Below are positions 11,233-20,037 of a stretch of 55,831 bases of DNA, piece after piece. The stretch is taken from positions 1-55,831 of the forward strand of contig JBEKLA010000001.1 in assembly GCA_050010455.1 (NCBI GenBank), given 5' to 3'. The position numbers and the translations under genes were made by a program. The notes under the pieces were generated by a model. That model saw nothing but the letters and a program-made list of their open reading frames with translations, was not told the DNA's origin and made no database searches. The stretch is from Candidatus Binataceae bacterium. GTDB lineage: Bacteria; Desulfobacterota; Binatia; Binatales; Binataceae. Each line of letters begins with the position of its first letter. Positions within the stretch are counted from its first letter, which is position 1.

Positions 11233-12954
11233 TCAGAGCCGATCTTTCGTGCTGAGCGGGCGGACCACCTGGCGCTCGAATTCTTCGGCCATCGTCGCGA
11301 TTGTGTCGGCCTCGTCGGGAGCCTTGTCGTCGCGCAGCCGCACGATTCGAGCGAAGCGCAGCGCCATCCCGGTCTCGTATTGCGGGCTGCGCTGGATGTC
11401 GTTGTAAGCGACCTCAACCACCAGTTCCGGGCGCACGAAAACCGTGCCGGTCTGCTCGCCGGTCTTGAGCGCGAGCAAGCGCTCGGTCATGTCGGCGAAC
11501 TGCTCATCGGTCGGGCCCTTGAAGGTCTTGCCGACTTCAGCGTACTCACCGCTCTGTTCTCCGCGCGCGGCGAGATGGTAGTTCGACAGCCATCCGTGGC
11601 GCCGCCCGTAGCCCCAATCCGCCGCGACGATCACCAGATCGAGCGTGCGCGTGTGCTTGATCTTGAGCCATCCGCGGCCGCGAACCCCGGGCGTGTACCG
11701 GCTCTCCATCGCCTTGGCCATCACGCCCTCGTACCCGGCGGCGACGGCGTCGTGAAAAAACTTCTCGCCTTCATTCACGCTGGCGGGAATCATGCGGCCG
11801 ATCAGATCGAGTCCGGCGCGATCGGCGAGCGCTGTGAGCGCGTCGAAACGCTCGTGGTAAGGACGATCGATCAGCAGCGTCCCATTTTCCGCGAGAAGAT
11901 CGAAGACGAACAGCCGGATTGGCTGCTCGGCGCGCAGCCGATCGATTTCGCGAACGCGCCGAAACCGCCGCATCAGTTCCTGAAACGCCGCCGGACGGCC
12001 GGAACTATCGACCGCGATCACCTCGCCGTCGAGAATCGCGTCGCGATCGAGCCGGCTGCCAATAGTTTCGACGATTTCGGGCAGGCTCGGCGTGATCTCA
12101 TTGAGGCGGCGCGAGAAGATCTTGACCTCGCCGCCGCGGCGATGAATCTGCACGCGCGCGCCGTCGACCTTATGCTCGAGCGCGAGTCCGCCGCCGCCCA
12201 TGATCGCGAACGCCTCGGCAACGTCCTGCGCCGTCTGCGCCAGCATCGGCTTGAGCGGCTTGATCCGCGCAGGCGCGGTGGCGCCGGTTGGCGCGCCGCC
12301 GCGCAACTCGCGCACCACGCGGCCGACGTCGCCTTCGAGCATCAGCGCGCGGCGAACCTGCTCGATCGGGCAAGCCGCCATCTTCGCGATCGCCTCGGCC
12401 ATCACTCCTTCGTTCATCCCGTGGCGCATCTCACGGATCAAAATCTTGGCGATATACTTCGCTTCGAGCGCGCTGGCGCGAGCGAGCAGGTCGCGTAGCG
12501 CGTCGAGCTTGCGCCGGCGCGAATTGCGGCCTTCGATCGCCGCGATCTCGGCAAAGCGACGATTCACCTCGCCGATTGTGAGCGTCGGCTCGGGATCGTC
12601 GGGGCGCGACCTCAGCAGCATCTGGATGGCCTCGCCGAAATCCACCGCGGAGGCGAAAATTTCCTCACCGCGCTCCGCCGCATCCTCGGGCGAACCGATA
12701 ATCTCAGCGGCGATTCGCCACAGCGCGCGGCCACTGACGTTGAGCCTGGTTTCGTCGCCTTGAGGCAGGGCGCGCCCGACCATGAAACGCGCGGCGATCT
12801 CGGCTTCGTCCGCGTCGAGGCGGGCGAGGAACTCGCCAACCAGTTGCGCCATCTGCAACCGGCTCTGCGTTTGCGCGAGCGCCTGGCAGACCGTGGCGAG
12901 ATCGTAGAAGGAGGCCACAGCCAAGATTAAGGCTCGCCCCGATAGCGGGCGCAA
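11233..12954 (-). CDS. ATP-dependent DNA ligase (Lig1/archaeal-type, with N-terminal DNA-binding domain)
   Basis: Motif I is LEHKVDGARVQIH (KxDGxR, adenylated Lys). Also present are LDGEVIAVD, EGVMAK and GWLKIK. The 573-aa length is consistent with DBD plus adenylation plus OB domains. Confidence 0.9.
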   Translation of the reverse strand: MRPLSGRALILAVASFYDLATVCQALAQTQSRLQMAQLVGEFLARLDADEAEIAARFMVGRALPQGDETRLNVSGRALWRIAAEIIGSPEDAAERGEEIFASAVDFGEAIQMLLRSRPDDPEPTLTIGEVNRRFAEIAAIEGRNSRRRKLDALRDLLARASALEAKYIAKILIREMRHGMNEGVMAEAIAKMAACPIEQVRRALMLEGDVGRVVRELRGGAPTGATAPARIKPLKPMLAQTAQDVAEAFAIMGGGGLALEHKVDGARVQIHRRGGEVKIFSRRLNEITPSLPEIVETIGSRLDRDAILDGEVIAVDSSGRPAAFQELMRRFRRVREIDRLRAEQPIRLFVFDLLAENGTLLIDRPYHERFDALTALADRAGLDLIGRMIPASVNEGEKFFHDAVAAGYEGVMAKAMESRYTPGVRGRGWLKIKHTRTLDLVIVAADWGYGRRHGWLSNYHLAARGEQSGEYAEVGKTFKGPTDEQFADMTERLLALKTGEQTGTVFVRPELVVEVAYNDIQRSPQYETGMALRFARIVRLRDDKAPDEADTIATMAEEFERQVVRPLSTKDRL

Positions 12955-12993
12955 TAGCGCGGGCGCGGGTCGGCGGAGGTTAGTCGGCGTCCG

Positions 12994-14358
12994 TCATCTC
13001 TTGAGGGCGGCGTCGCCGACCGCTTCGACTGGCTGCATCGTCGGCAGCGTTGGAGCCGTTTCGGGCGGCGCGAGCGCGCGGACTTTGGTCTCGCCTGCCA
13101 GCTCGACCTTGCGGCAGCGCATGATCAGCTCGCTGCGGCAGATGTAGGCGGTCTCTTCGTGAGTGAATCCGTGACGCGCCAGGATCTCCAGCAAGCGCTC
13201 ACGCGTGTAGTGCGTGATGTGCTCGTCGCGATAGCCGTACGGCATCACGAACCCGTAGATGGGCTCGATAGTGCGCCATCCGATAGTGTCGTAGTCGGGC
13301 GTGCCGATTATCAGCATCCCGCCGGGGCGCAACACGCGCCGCATCTCGGTGAACAGCACATCATCGAAGGGGATGTGCTCGATAACCTGCGACGAAATCA
13401 CGCAATCGAACGAGTTATCCTTGAACGGCAGCGCGAAGGCCGAACCGTGCGCCACCGGGACTCCGCGATTATGCAGGAAGCGCACCTTGGAGAAGTTGAA
13501 CTCGAGCGCAACCGCGTCGTTGAGGCTTTGAATGATGACGCTCGAACCGCATCCGATATCGAGGGTGAGGCCGGCGGCGCGTGCCCACGATCCGATAACG
13601 TGATGGCGGCGGCGCTGCCAGTAGCGCTGGACCGGAATGATGCTGTAGAAAGCGCGCTCGTCGTAATCGGCCGACTCGAGCGAGTTGCGCAGCCACCACA
13701 GCTTCATCGCCGAGCGCGCGAGATCGAGGCCGAAACGAATCAGGCGCGCGTGAGAGCTTCCTTCCTCGCGCGGGAAGTAGGTGAACGGCACTTCGATCAC
13801 GCTAAAGCCGCGCGCGAAAGCTTTGACCAGGATTTCTTCGAGCACCTCGAAGTTGCGCCCCTCGAATTCGATGCCCTGGACCGCCTCGCGGCGGTAGAGC
13901 CGAAATCCGCTCGACAGGTCGCGCACCGGCATCGAGAGCACGCGGCGCAGTACCGCGTTGAGCAGGCGGCTCATTGCGCGCCGCGCCCAGGCGGCGTACG
14001 CGGCGCCGCCGCGGACGTAGCGCGACGCGATGACGACGTCGGCCTGATGCCGCGCCCGCCACATCTTAGCGACGAACGCGGGCTCGTGAGACATGTCAGC
14101 GTCGAGCGTCAGGATGTAATCGCCCTTGGCTTCGTCGAATCCGGTGGCAAGCGCGCCCGCGTAGCCGCGCCGGCGCTCGTCCACCACGCGCGCGCCCAGC
14201 GAAGCGGCTATCTCGCGGGTGCCATCGCGCGAACCGCCATCGACGGTGATCACTTCGTAGCGTAGATGGAGGTGCTCGAACAGCGCGCTCAATCGCGGCA
14301 GCAGAGCGCGCAGGTTTTCGCCCTCGTTGAGAACCGGTAGAACTACGGAAACATCCAT
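12994..14358 (-). CDS. Fusion protein: family-2 glycosyltransferase (Dpm1/polyprenol-phosphate GT-like) plus class I SAM-dependent methyltransferase
   Basis: The N-terminal half has VVLPVLNEGENL, EVITVDGGSRDGT and LTLDADMSHEP (GT2 DxD). The C-terminal half has LDIGCGSSV (SAM motif I), FDCVISSQVIEHI and LRPGGMLIIGTPD. Confidence 0.8.
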   Translation of the reverse strand: MDVSVVLPVLNEGENLRALLPRLSALFEHLHLRYEVITVDGGSRDGTREIAASLGARVVDERRRGYAGALATGFDEAKGDYILTLDADMSHEPAFVAKMWRARHQADVVIASRYVRGGAAYAAWARRAMSRLLNAVLRRVLSMPVRDLSSGFRLYRREAVQGIEFEGRNFEVLEEILVKAFARGFSVIEVPFTYFPREEGSSHARLIRFGLDLARSAMKLWWLRNSLESADYDERAFYSIIPVQRYWQRRRHHVIGSWARAAGLTLDIGCGSSVIIQSLNDAVALEFNFSKVRFLHNRGVPVAHGSAFALPFKDNSFDCVISSQVIEHIPFDDVLFTEMRRVLRPGGMLIIGTPDYDTIGWRTIEPIYGFVMPYGYRDEHITHYTRERLLEILARHGFTHEETAYICRSELIMRCRKVELAGETKVRALAPPETAPTLPTMQPVEAVGDAALKR

Positions 14359-14428
14359 CGACCTGACCCAATCCTTTATGCAAAAACGCGGGCTGTGGGA
14401 ATATGGCCGCTATCTTCGCCTTCACGGC

Positions 14429-14457
14429 TTGCCCGCGCCTGACACACTATCTAATCT
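14429..14457 (+). promoter_or_regulatory. Candidate sigma70-type promoter upstream of the carboxypeptidase gene
   Basis: TTGCCC (14429-14434), a 17-nt spacer, then TAATCT (14452-14457). This is sequence resemblance only. Confidence 0.25.
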
Positions 14458-14480
14458 TTGAGGCACCGAGCGATTCTTCG

Positions 14481-15800
14481 ATGATCAACCTCAAACTGAG
14501 CGGTCCAACCGTCGTCCGACGGATAGCGTCAGCGCTTACGCTGTTTTGTTTTCTTTCGATTGCGGTTTGCGCGCTATGCGCCAAGCGGCACGCCGCACCA
14601 AAGCCGCCCCCGTCGGCGGAAGTTCTGTCGCAGATTCACGTCCTGGACAATCGGCCGGCGCCGTTCGCGCTCGATGCGCGCTCGGCGATCCTGGTCGCGG
14701 CGCACACCGGCACCGTGCTTTACGCCTACAACGAACACATGCGGATTCAGCCGGCGAGCCTGGCCAAGATCATGACGTTTTACCTGACGCTCGAAGCGCT
14801 GCGCCAAGGCAAGATCCAGCCCGACACGCCGATCCTTGTTAGCGAAGCGGCCTGGCGGCTATCGATCGACAAGACCGTCTCGAAGATGTTCCTGGAGGTC
14901 GGCCAGAAGGTGGCGGTGCACGATCTGCTGCTGGGCCTGATGGTGTCGTCGGGCAACGACGCCGCTTTGACGCTGGCCGAATATCTCGGCGGCAGCACCG
15001 AAGGTTTCGTCGCGCAAATGAACGACGAGTGCCAGAAGCTCGGACTGAACGAAACCCATTTCAGCAGCCCCGACGGCCTGCCCGAGCCCGACCAGTACAC
15101 CACCGCCGCCGATATGGCGAAGCTGGCGCAGATTGTGATCGATCGCTTTCCCGAGGCGTTGACCTACACCGCTACCAAAGAGTTCACTTTCCATAACATC
15201 ACGCAGCGCAACTGGAACACACTGCTGTTCTATGACTCGCGTGTGAACGGCCTCAAGACCGGCCACGTCGAGGAAGCGGGCTTCCATCTGGTGGCGACCG
15301 CGCACTCGTCCGGAATCGATTTGATCTCGGCGCTGATGGGAGCGCCAAACGCCGAGAAGCGCCGTACCGAAACCGAAAAACTGCTCGACTGGGGCTTCCG
15401 CAGCTTCGTGACGGTGACTCCGCAATGGCACGACGCGGTCCCGCACGAGCTGAGGGTCTACGAAGGAAGCGCGCGCACCGTAACGATCGCGCCCGCCCAT
15501 CCGCCGGAAATCACCGTCGCCAAAGGCGAGGAGCGCCTGATCAAACTGAACGGCAGCATCAATACGGCCTATCTGATAGCTCCGGCCGCCAAGGGGACGG
15601 CGGTGGGCGCGCTCACGATGTCGAAGGGCGACAAGGCGGTATCAACGGTCCCGATCGAAACCCAGGCCGAGGTCGAACGGGGCGGATGGTTTCACGTGAT
15701 GGCTGATCGGATCAGGCTGCTCTTCGGCGGGCTCGGCCATATTCTCACGGCTCCGTTGCGATGGCTCGCGTCGCTCGTGCACTGGCCGCGGCGAAGCTGA
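14481..15800 (+). CDS. D-alanyl-D-alanine carboxypeptidase (S11, PBP5/6-like)
   Basis: SLAKIMT (SxxK), SGND (SxN) and KTGH (KTG) are present in the correct order. A signal/anchor sequence follows MINLKLSG. The track ORF begins at 14403, but the internal ATG at 14481 gives a normal signal peptide. Confidence 0.85.
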   Translation: MINLKLSGPTVVRRIASALTLFCFLSIAVCALCAKRHAAPKPPPSAEVLSQIHVLDNRPAPFALDARSAILVAAHTGTVLYAYNEHMRIQPASLAKIMTFYLTLEALRQGKIQPDTPILVSEAAWRLSIDKTVSKMFLEVGQKVAVHDLLLGLMVSSGNDAALTLAEYLGGSTEGFVAQMNDECQKLGLNETHFSSPDGLPEPDQYTTAADMAKLAQIVIDRFPEALTYTATKEFTFHNITQRNWNTLLFYDSRVNGLKTGHVEEAGFHLVATAHSSGIDLISALMGAPNAEKRRTETEKLLDWGFRSFVTVTPQWHDAVPHELRVYEGSARTVTIAPAHPPEITVAKGEERLIKLNGSINTAYLIAPAAKGTAVGALTMSKGDKAVSTVPIETQAEVERGGWFHVMADRIRLLFGGLGHILTAPLRWLASLVHWPRRS

Positions 15801-15826
15801 GAATCCGGGGCGCCAAAGTTTTCCGA

Positions 15827-16891
15827 TTAGACCGCGAACGGCTCTCTGGGCGAGACATTAGGCGCGATCCGGGCTCCGGCTCGCAATACGCTACGGCTCG
15901 GAATGCATGCGCCCGCACCGACGATCACGTCCGGCTCGAATGTGATGTCGTCAGACAGGCGGACCTCAGCCGCGACGACCGAGTGCCGGATCGAACATCG
16001 TGCCCCGATCCTGACGCCGGGATAGATCATCGAGTCGCTGACTCGGCTGCCTGCGCCAACCACCACGTCGCTGCTTAGCACGACATCCGGGCCGAGGATC
16101 GCTTGAGGCTCTACGCGGGACGACGGGCCGACAAAGAAGGGCGGAATGAGCCGCACCCCAGGCGCAACCGTGGCGGTTGGATGAATGAACCCCCTGCGAT
16201 GGGTCTCACGCAAAAACCAGCGCTGACATTCGAGGTAATTCTCCAGCGAGTCGAGCGCGCCCCATCGCGCCAACAGTTCGGCGGCAAACACCGGCTCGCC
16301 ATCGCTTATCAGACGAGGCAGCAAATCGGTCGCGATCGCATACGCGCCCTGCCTCGGGATGCGTTTCAGGACCTGGGGCTCCATCATGTACGGCCCGGAC
16401 CCGATCAATCGGGCCACACCCGATGGATTTTTTATCGGCCATACCTGACCGGTTTCGGCAAAACCCGCCGGCGAAGACGAACCTCGCACCGGGGGCCGCA
16501 GCGACGCGGCCGTGGCTACAGCTGTATTTCGAAAGTGAACCTCAACCAGAGGCTGCACTTCGAGGGCGAAGACCGAGCTGATGCTTCCCACCAGGAACGT
16601 GCCGTGAATCAGGCACTCGATCTGCCTGAGCGCCCCCGCGTCGCCAGCGCATCCCGATTCGGGCAGCACCTGGATCCAGGCTCGATAGCGGCGATTGCAC
16701 ACCAATTGGTCAATTTCGCGGGCGTTACCGCGGTCAAGCACAACGATTTCGTGGATTCCCGCTGCCTCAAGGCGCTTGATCAAGAGATCAAACGCGAAGT
16801 CCAACTCTACCAGGAGGAGCGGCTCGGGTACCGTATCGGTCAGGGGACGGAGCCGGCTTTTTGCGCTGTCTGACAAAAGCACGGCTTGCAT
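15827..16891 (-). CDS. Nucleotidyltransferase-fold plus left-handed beta-helix (hexapeptide) protein with a divergent active-site loop
   Basis: The N-terminus MQAVLLSDSAKSRLRPLTDTVPEPLL aligns to the sugar-1-P nucleotidyltransferase motif (A)GGxGTRLxPLTxxxPKP, but Gly-Gly-x-Gly and Lys are replaced. The C-terminus has hexapeptide repeats: IHPTATVAPGVRLIPPFFVGPSSRVEPQAILGPDVVLSSDVVVGAGSRV... Confidence 0.7.
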   Translation of the reverse strand: MQAVLLSDSAKSRLRPLTDTVPEPLLLVELDFAFDLLIKRLEAAGIHEIVVLDRGNAREIDQLVCNRRYRAWIQVLPESGCAGDAGALRQIECLIHGTFLVGSISSVFALEVQPLVEVHFRNTAVATAASLRPPVRGSSSPAGFAETGQVWPIKNPSGVARLIGSGPYMMEPQVLKRIPRQGAYAIATDLLPRLISDGEPVFAAELLARWGALDSLENYLECQRWFLRETHRRGFIHPTATVAPGVRLIPPFFVGPSSRVEPQAILGPDVVLSSDVVVGAGSRVSDSMIYPGVRIGARCSIRHSVVAAEVRLSDDITFEPDVIVGAGACIPSRSVLRAGARIAPNVSPREPFAV

Positions 16892-17140
16892 TGGCTTTAC
16901 AGATCAGCGCCTTATTGAAAAAATTATTCGTTCAGTCAAAGGCTCTGATTATCGCTATATAGTTTAGGAGCTAAGACTTTTTGTCGAGCAATTAGTTGCG
17001 CTCGCGAAAAAATCGGCAAGCCAACGAGATCGATTCGAGGCGCTACCGGCTCCATGTCGGAGGGTTGGGGAGGGCCGCAACACGCCTGGCAATAGCTACC
17101 GTGTAATAGCTACAATCTTTCGACGGCTATCGCGAGTTGT

Positions 17141-17374
17141 CTATTTCTCGATGCGTAATCGCCACAGCCCTTCCGCGGCGCAATGATCGATCACCGCACA
17201 GCCTTCGGCTTCTGCAGCGCGAGGAATATCACGCGCACCGCGCGGATCGTCGATCAAAAGCTCAATCGTGTCTCCCGACGCCATCTGTTCGAGAACGACC
17301 TTGGCTCGGGCCCAACTGATGGGGCATTTGACGCCCCTTAGATCGAGCGTCGACGTGTGAACTCCGGCCTTCAC
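17141..17374 (-). CDS. TusA/SirA-like sulfur-carrier protein
   Basis: At 77 aa it carries LDLRGVKCPISWARAKVVLEQMASGDTIELLIDDP. The Cys-Pro motif and overall pattern match the TusA family, though CPIS replaces the usual CPxP. Confidence 0.7.
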   Translation of the reverse strand: MKAGVHTSTLDLRGVKCPISWARAKVVLEQMASGDTIELLIDDPRGARDIPRAAEAEGCAVIDHCAAEGLWRLRIEK

Positions 17375-17380
17375 GATCGG

Positions 17381-18001
17381 TTAGTTCGGGGCGTTCCGCT
17401 CGATCGCGCGGGCGATTAACTTGCGCATCACGTCCGGGCTTTGCGCGCCCACCAGCGGCAACTGGCCGATAAAGAACGTGGGCACGCCGGTCACGTCACG
17501 ATTGTGCGCCATCATCGTGGTGTTCTTAAGCTTGAGTCCGTATCTGCCTGAACTCAGCGCGTGCTCCATGGCGGCGCGATCGATCCCCACCTCGGCGGCA
17601 AGCGCGCCGATTACGTTGGGATCGCCAATGTTCGCGTCTTCTTGAAAGTAGGATCTAAAGACGCGCTCCTCGAAGGCCTCGCCGAAGCCGGCTTCAGCCG
17701 CGAACTCGGCCGCCTCCAGCGCCAGGCGCGAGTTCACCAGGATCGAGGGTTGTTTCATTGGCAACTGGATCTCTTCGGCCAGCACATGGATATTATGCCA
17801 GACTACACGCCGTCGTTCGGCGCCCATCGATTGGTAAAAGCGCTCCGGCTCCATCCCCTCCGCCGGCCATTCAGGATGAATCTGGAAGCCGCGCCATTCG
17901 AACTCGAGGTCGAACTCCGGCTTGAGCTTACGGAGCACCTCGAAACCGATATAACAGAAGGGGCAAACAAAATCCGAAAACATCTGAATCTTTAGCGGCA
18001 T
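17381..18001 (-). CDS. DsbA/FrnE-family thiol oxidoreductase
   Basis: It has FSDFVCPFCY (a CxxC thioredoxin-fold motif) and VTGVPTFFIG (cis-Pro loop). It lies 6 nt upstream of the TusA-like gene. Confidence 0.8.
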   Translation of the reverse strand: MPLKIQMFSDFVCPFCYIGFEVLRKLKPEFDLEFEWRGFQIHPEWPAEGMEPERFYQSMGAERRRVVWHNIHVLAEEIQLPMKQPSILVNSRLALEAAEFAAEAGFGEAFEERVFRSYFQEDANIGDPNVIGALAAEVGIDRAAMEHALSSGRYGLKLKNTTMMAHNRDVTGVPTFFIGQLPLVGAQSPDVMRKLIARAIERNAPN

Positions 18002-18179
18002 CGCGGTGTCCTCCCTCCTACTGAACTATAGGGTTACGACAGTATCCGGTCAAAACAGCGATTGCGTGACCGTCTCGGGCTCGGCCGGGAAAATGCTATG
18101 GTCTGAGCAGAGCTATGGCCGCGCCGCCGTTAACCGCGCCTTTGCCGAGATCGGTTGTGAGAGATTCGAAGAGGCACAA

Positions 18180-18647
18180 ATGATAGGTAATTTTAAAGTC
18201 CTGCTCGCCCCCGTCGACTTTTCCGATTACTCGATCCGGGCCGCTACTCACGCCTATGAGCTTTCCAAGGCGGTCGGAGGCCAACTCCATATGCTGCATG
18301 TGGTGGTGCCCCATCATAGCTTGCTTCCCTTGATACCACTGGTGGCGGACGCCGAGCGCGCTCGCGAACTCGCGCGTGAGGCGAGCATGGTAGAGCAGGC
18401 GGAGGCGGAACTCGCGCGGCTCAAGGCAGAGTGGATGGAGAATTCGCCGACGGTAACGACGCTCGCGCTGGTGGGATCGCCGGCAGCCAGGATTCGCGAC
18501 TACGCGGCCGAGCAAAATGTCGACCTGATTGTGATTTCAACTCACGGCCGGACCGGGGTCGAACATATGCTGATCGGAAGCGTCGCCGAGAAGCTGGTAC
18601 GGACTGCTCACTGTTCCGTCACGGTACTGCGCCCGCCGCGCCGATAG
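18180..18647 (+). CDS. Universal stress protein (UspA family)
   Basis: It has FKVLLAPVDFSDYS and DLIVISTHGRTGVEHMLIGSVAEKLVRTAHCSVTVL. The internal ATG at 18180 is preceded by gaagagg, so the longer track ORF from 18006 is unlikely. Confidence 0.85.
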   Translation: MIGNFKVLLAPVDFSDYSIRAATHAYELSKAVGGQLHMLHVVVPHHSLLPLIPLVADAERARELAREASMVEQAEAELARLKAEWMENSPTVTTLALVGSPAARIRDYAAEQNVDLIVISTHGRTGVEHMLIGSVAEKLVRTAHCSVTVLRPPRR

Positions 18648-18741
18648 GCTCCGGGGGGCGCGATCGCCCCTGGCATAGCGGACTCCATGCTGTCGCATCG
18701 AGCCGATGGCAGCCGCTGCGCAGGTATGCTATCCACGTCGC

Positions 18742-19512
18742 ATGCGGGAATTGGAGGGCAAGCGGGCCCTGATAACTGGAGGCACCCGTGGCTTGGGCAA
18801 GGCGACTGCCTTGGGTTTCGCGCGCGCCGGCGCCAAGGTCGCCCTGAACTATCGCCGCGACGAGGATAGCGCGGCCGCGACGCTGGCCGAGGTCCGTGCG
18901 CTGTCGCCTGAATCGATCCTGGTCAAAGCCGACCTCGAGCACGAAGCGCAGGTCCGCGCGATGGTTGCGCGGACCGCGGAGGAGTTCGGCGGGGTAGACA
19001 TCTTCGTCGCCAACGCGGCAGCGACCGCTTTCAAACCGCTGCTTGAGACCAAGCCGCACAATCTCTCGCGAACCTTCAACGTAAGCCTCGCTTCGTTCGT
19101 CGCGGCCAGCCAGGAGCTAAGCCGCGTGATGGGCGACGGCGGGCGAATCGCGGTGGTTTCGGGATTCGATTCGGTTCGTTACATGGCGGGCCACGGAGCG
19201 CTGGGTGCGGCCAAGGCGGCGCTCGAAAGTATCGTGCGCTACCTGGCGTTCGAACTCGGTCCGCGCGGGATCACGGTCAACGGCGTCAACACCGGTTTGT
19301 TCGATACCGAATCGTCGCGGCTCTACTTTGGCGAGAATTTCCAACGCGCCACCAAGTCGGCGATCGAGCGCTCGGCGCTGCAGCGGATGCCGCGGATCGA
19401 GGAGATCTCCGCCGTGATTCAGTTCTTGTGTTCGCCGGCGGCAAGTTTCATAACCGGCCAGACGATTATGGTCGACGGGGGGCTGACTCTCTGCAATCCA
19501 ATTGCTCTTTGA
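18742..19512 (+). CDS. SDR-family oxidoreductase, FabL-like (enoyl-ACP reductase-like)
   Basis: It has KRALITGGTRGLGKA (TGxxxGxG), NAAATAFKP and GAAKAALESIVRYLAFEL (YxxxK region), and ends GQTIMVDGG. Its layout resembles B. subtilis FabL from memory. Confidence 0.8.
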   Translation: MRELEGKRALITGGTRGLGKATALGFARAGAKVALNYRRDEDSAAATLAEVRALSPESILVKADLEHEAQVRAMVARTAEEFGGVDIFVANAAATAFKPLLETKPHNLSRTFNVSLASFVAASQELSRVMGDGGRIAVVSGFDSVRYMAGHGALGAAKAALESIVRYLAFELGPRGITVNGVNTGLFDTESSRLYFGENFQRATKSAIERSALQRMPRIEEISAVIQFLCSPAASFITGQTIMVDGGLTLCNPIAL

Positions 19513-19668
19513 GATATTGTGAGCGAGCGTTTCCCCCGATTTGGGTCGCGAACCCTTTTGTATGGCATAGTGCGAAGGAAAGCTTGGCGGGCGGTTAGGC
19601 ATCTGAAATTCACAGGTTCCGCACTGGCGCCTGGATTCGTTCAGTGATTCCAAGTAGGAAAGGCGGTC

Positions 19669-20013
19669 ATGGATAGCAGCAATCGGGAGTTCGAGTCTTG
19701 CATCGGAAAGGGGACCAAGGTTAGCGGCAAAGTCGAATTCGGCGCGGCCGCGAGAATCGAGGGCGAGGTCGATGGCGAACTGACCGGAGGCGAGATCGTG
19801 ATCGCTCAGGGCGCTACGGTCAAGGCTCGCGTGGTGGTCGACCGAATGGTCGTGGCGGGCAAGCTGAGCGGCGAAGTAGTCGCACGCCAACGGATCGAAC
19901 TTATGGCCACGGCGCGCGTGCAAGGCAACCTCGATACTCCCAAGCTCGTGCTGCACGAGGGCGCCCAGTTCGACGGCGACTGCAAGATGCCGCGGGATCG
20001 GATCGCCGCCTGA
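19669..20013 (+). CDS. Bactofilin (polymer-forming cytoskeletal protein)
   Basis: It has repetitive beta-helix windings: GTKVSGKVEFGAAARIEGEVDGELTGGEIVIAQGATVKARVVVDRMVVAGKLSGEVVA...VQGNL. The 114-aa size is typical. Confidence 0.85.
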   Translation: MDSSNREFESCIGKGTKVSGKVEFGAAARIEGEVDGELTGGEIVIAQGATVKARVVVDRMVVAGKLSGEVVARQRIELMATARVQGNLDTPKLVLHEGAQFDGDCKMPRDRIAA

Positions 20014-20037
20014 AACGGCGCGCGCGACGATTCGCCG

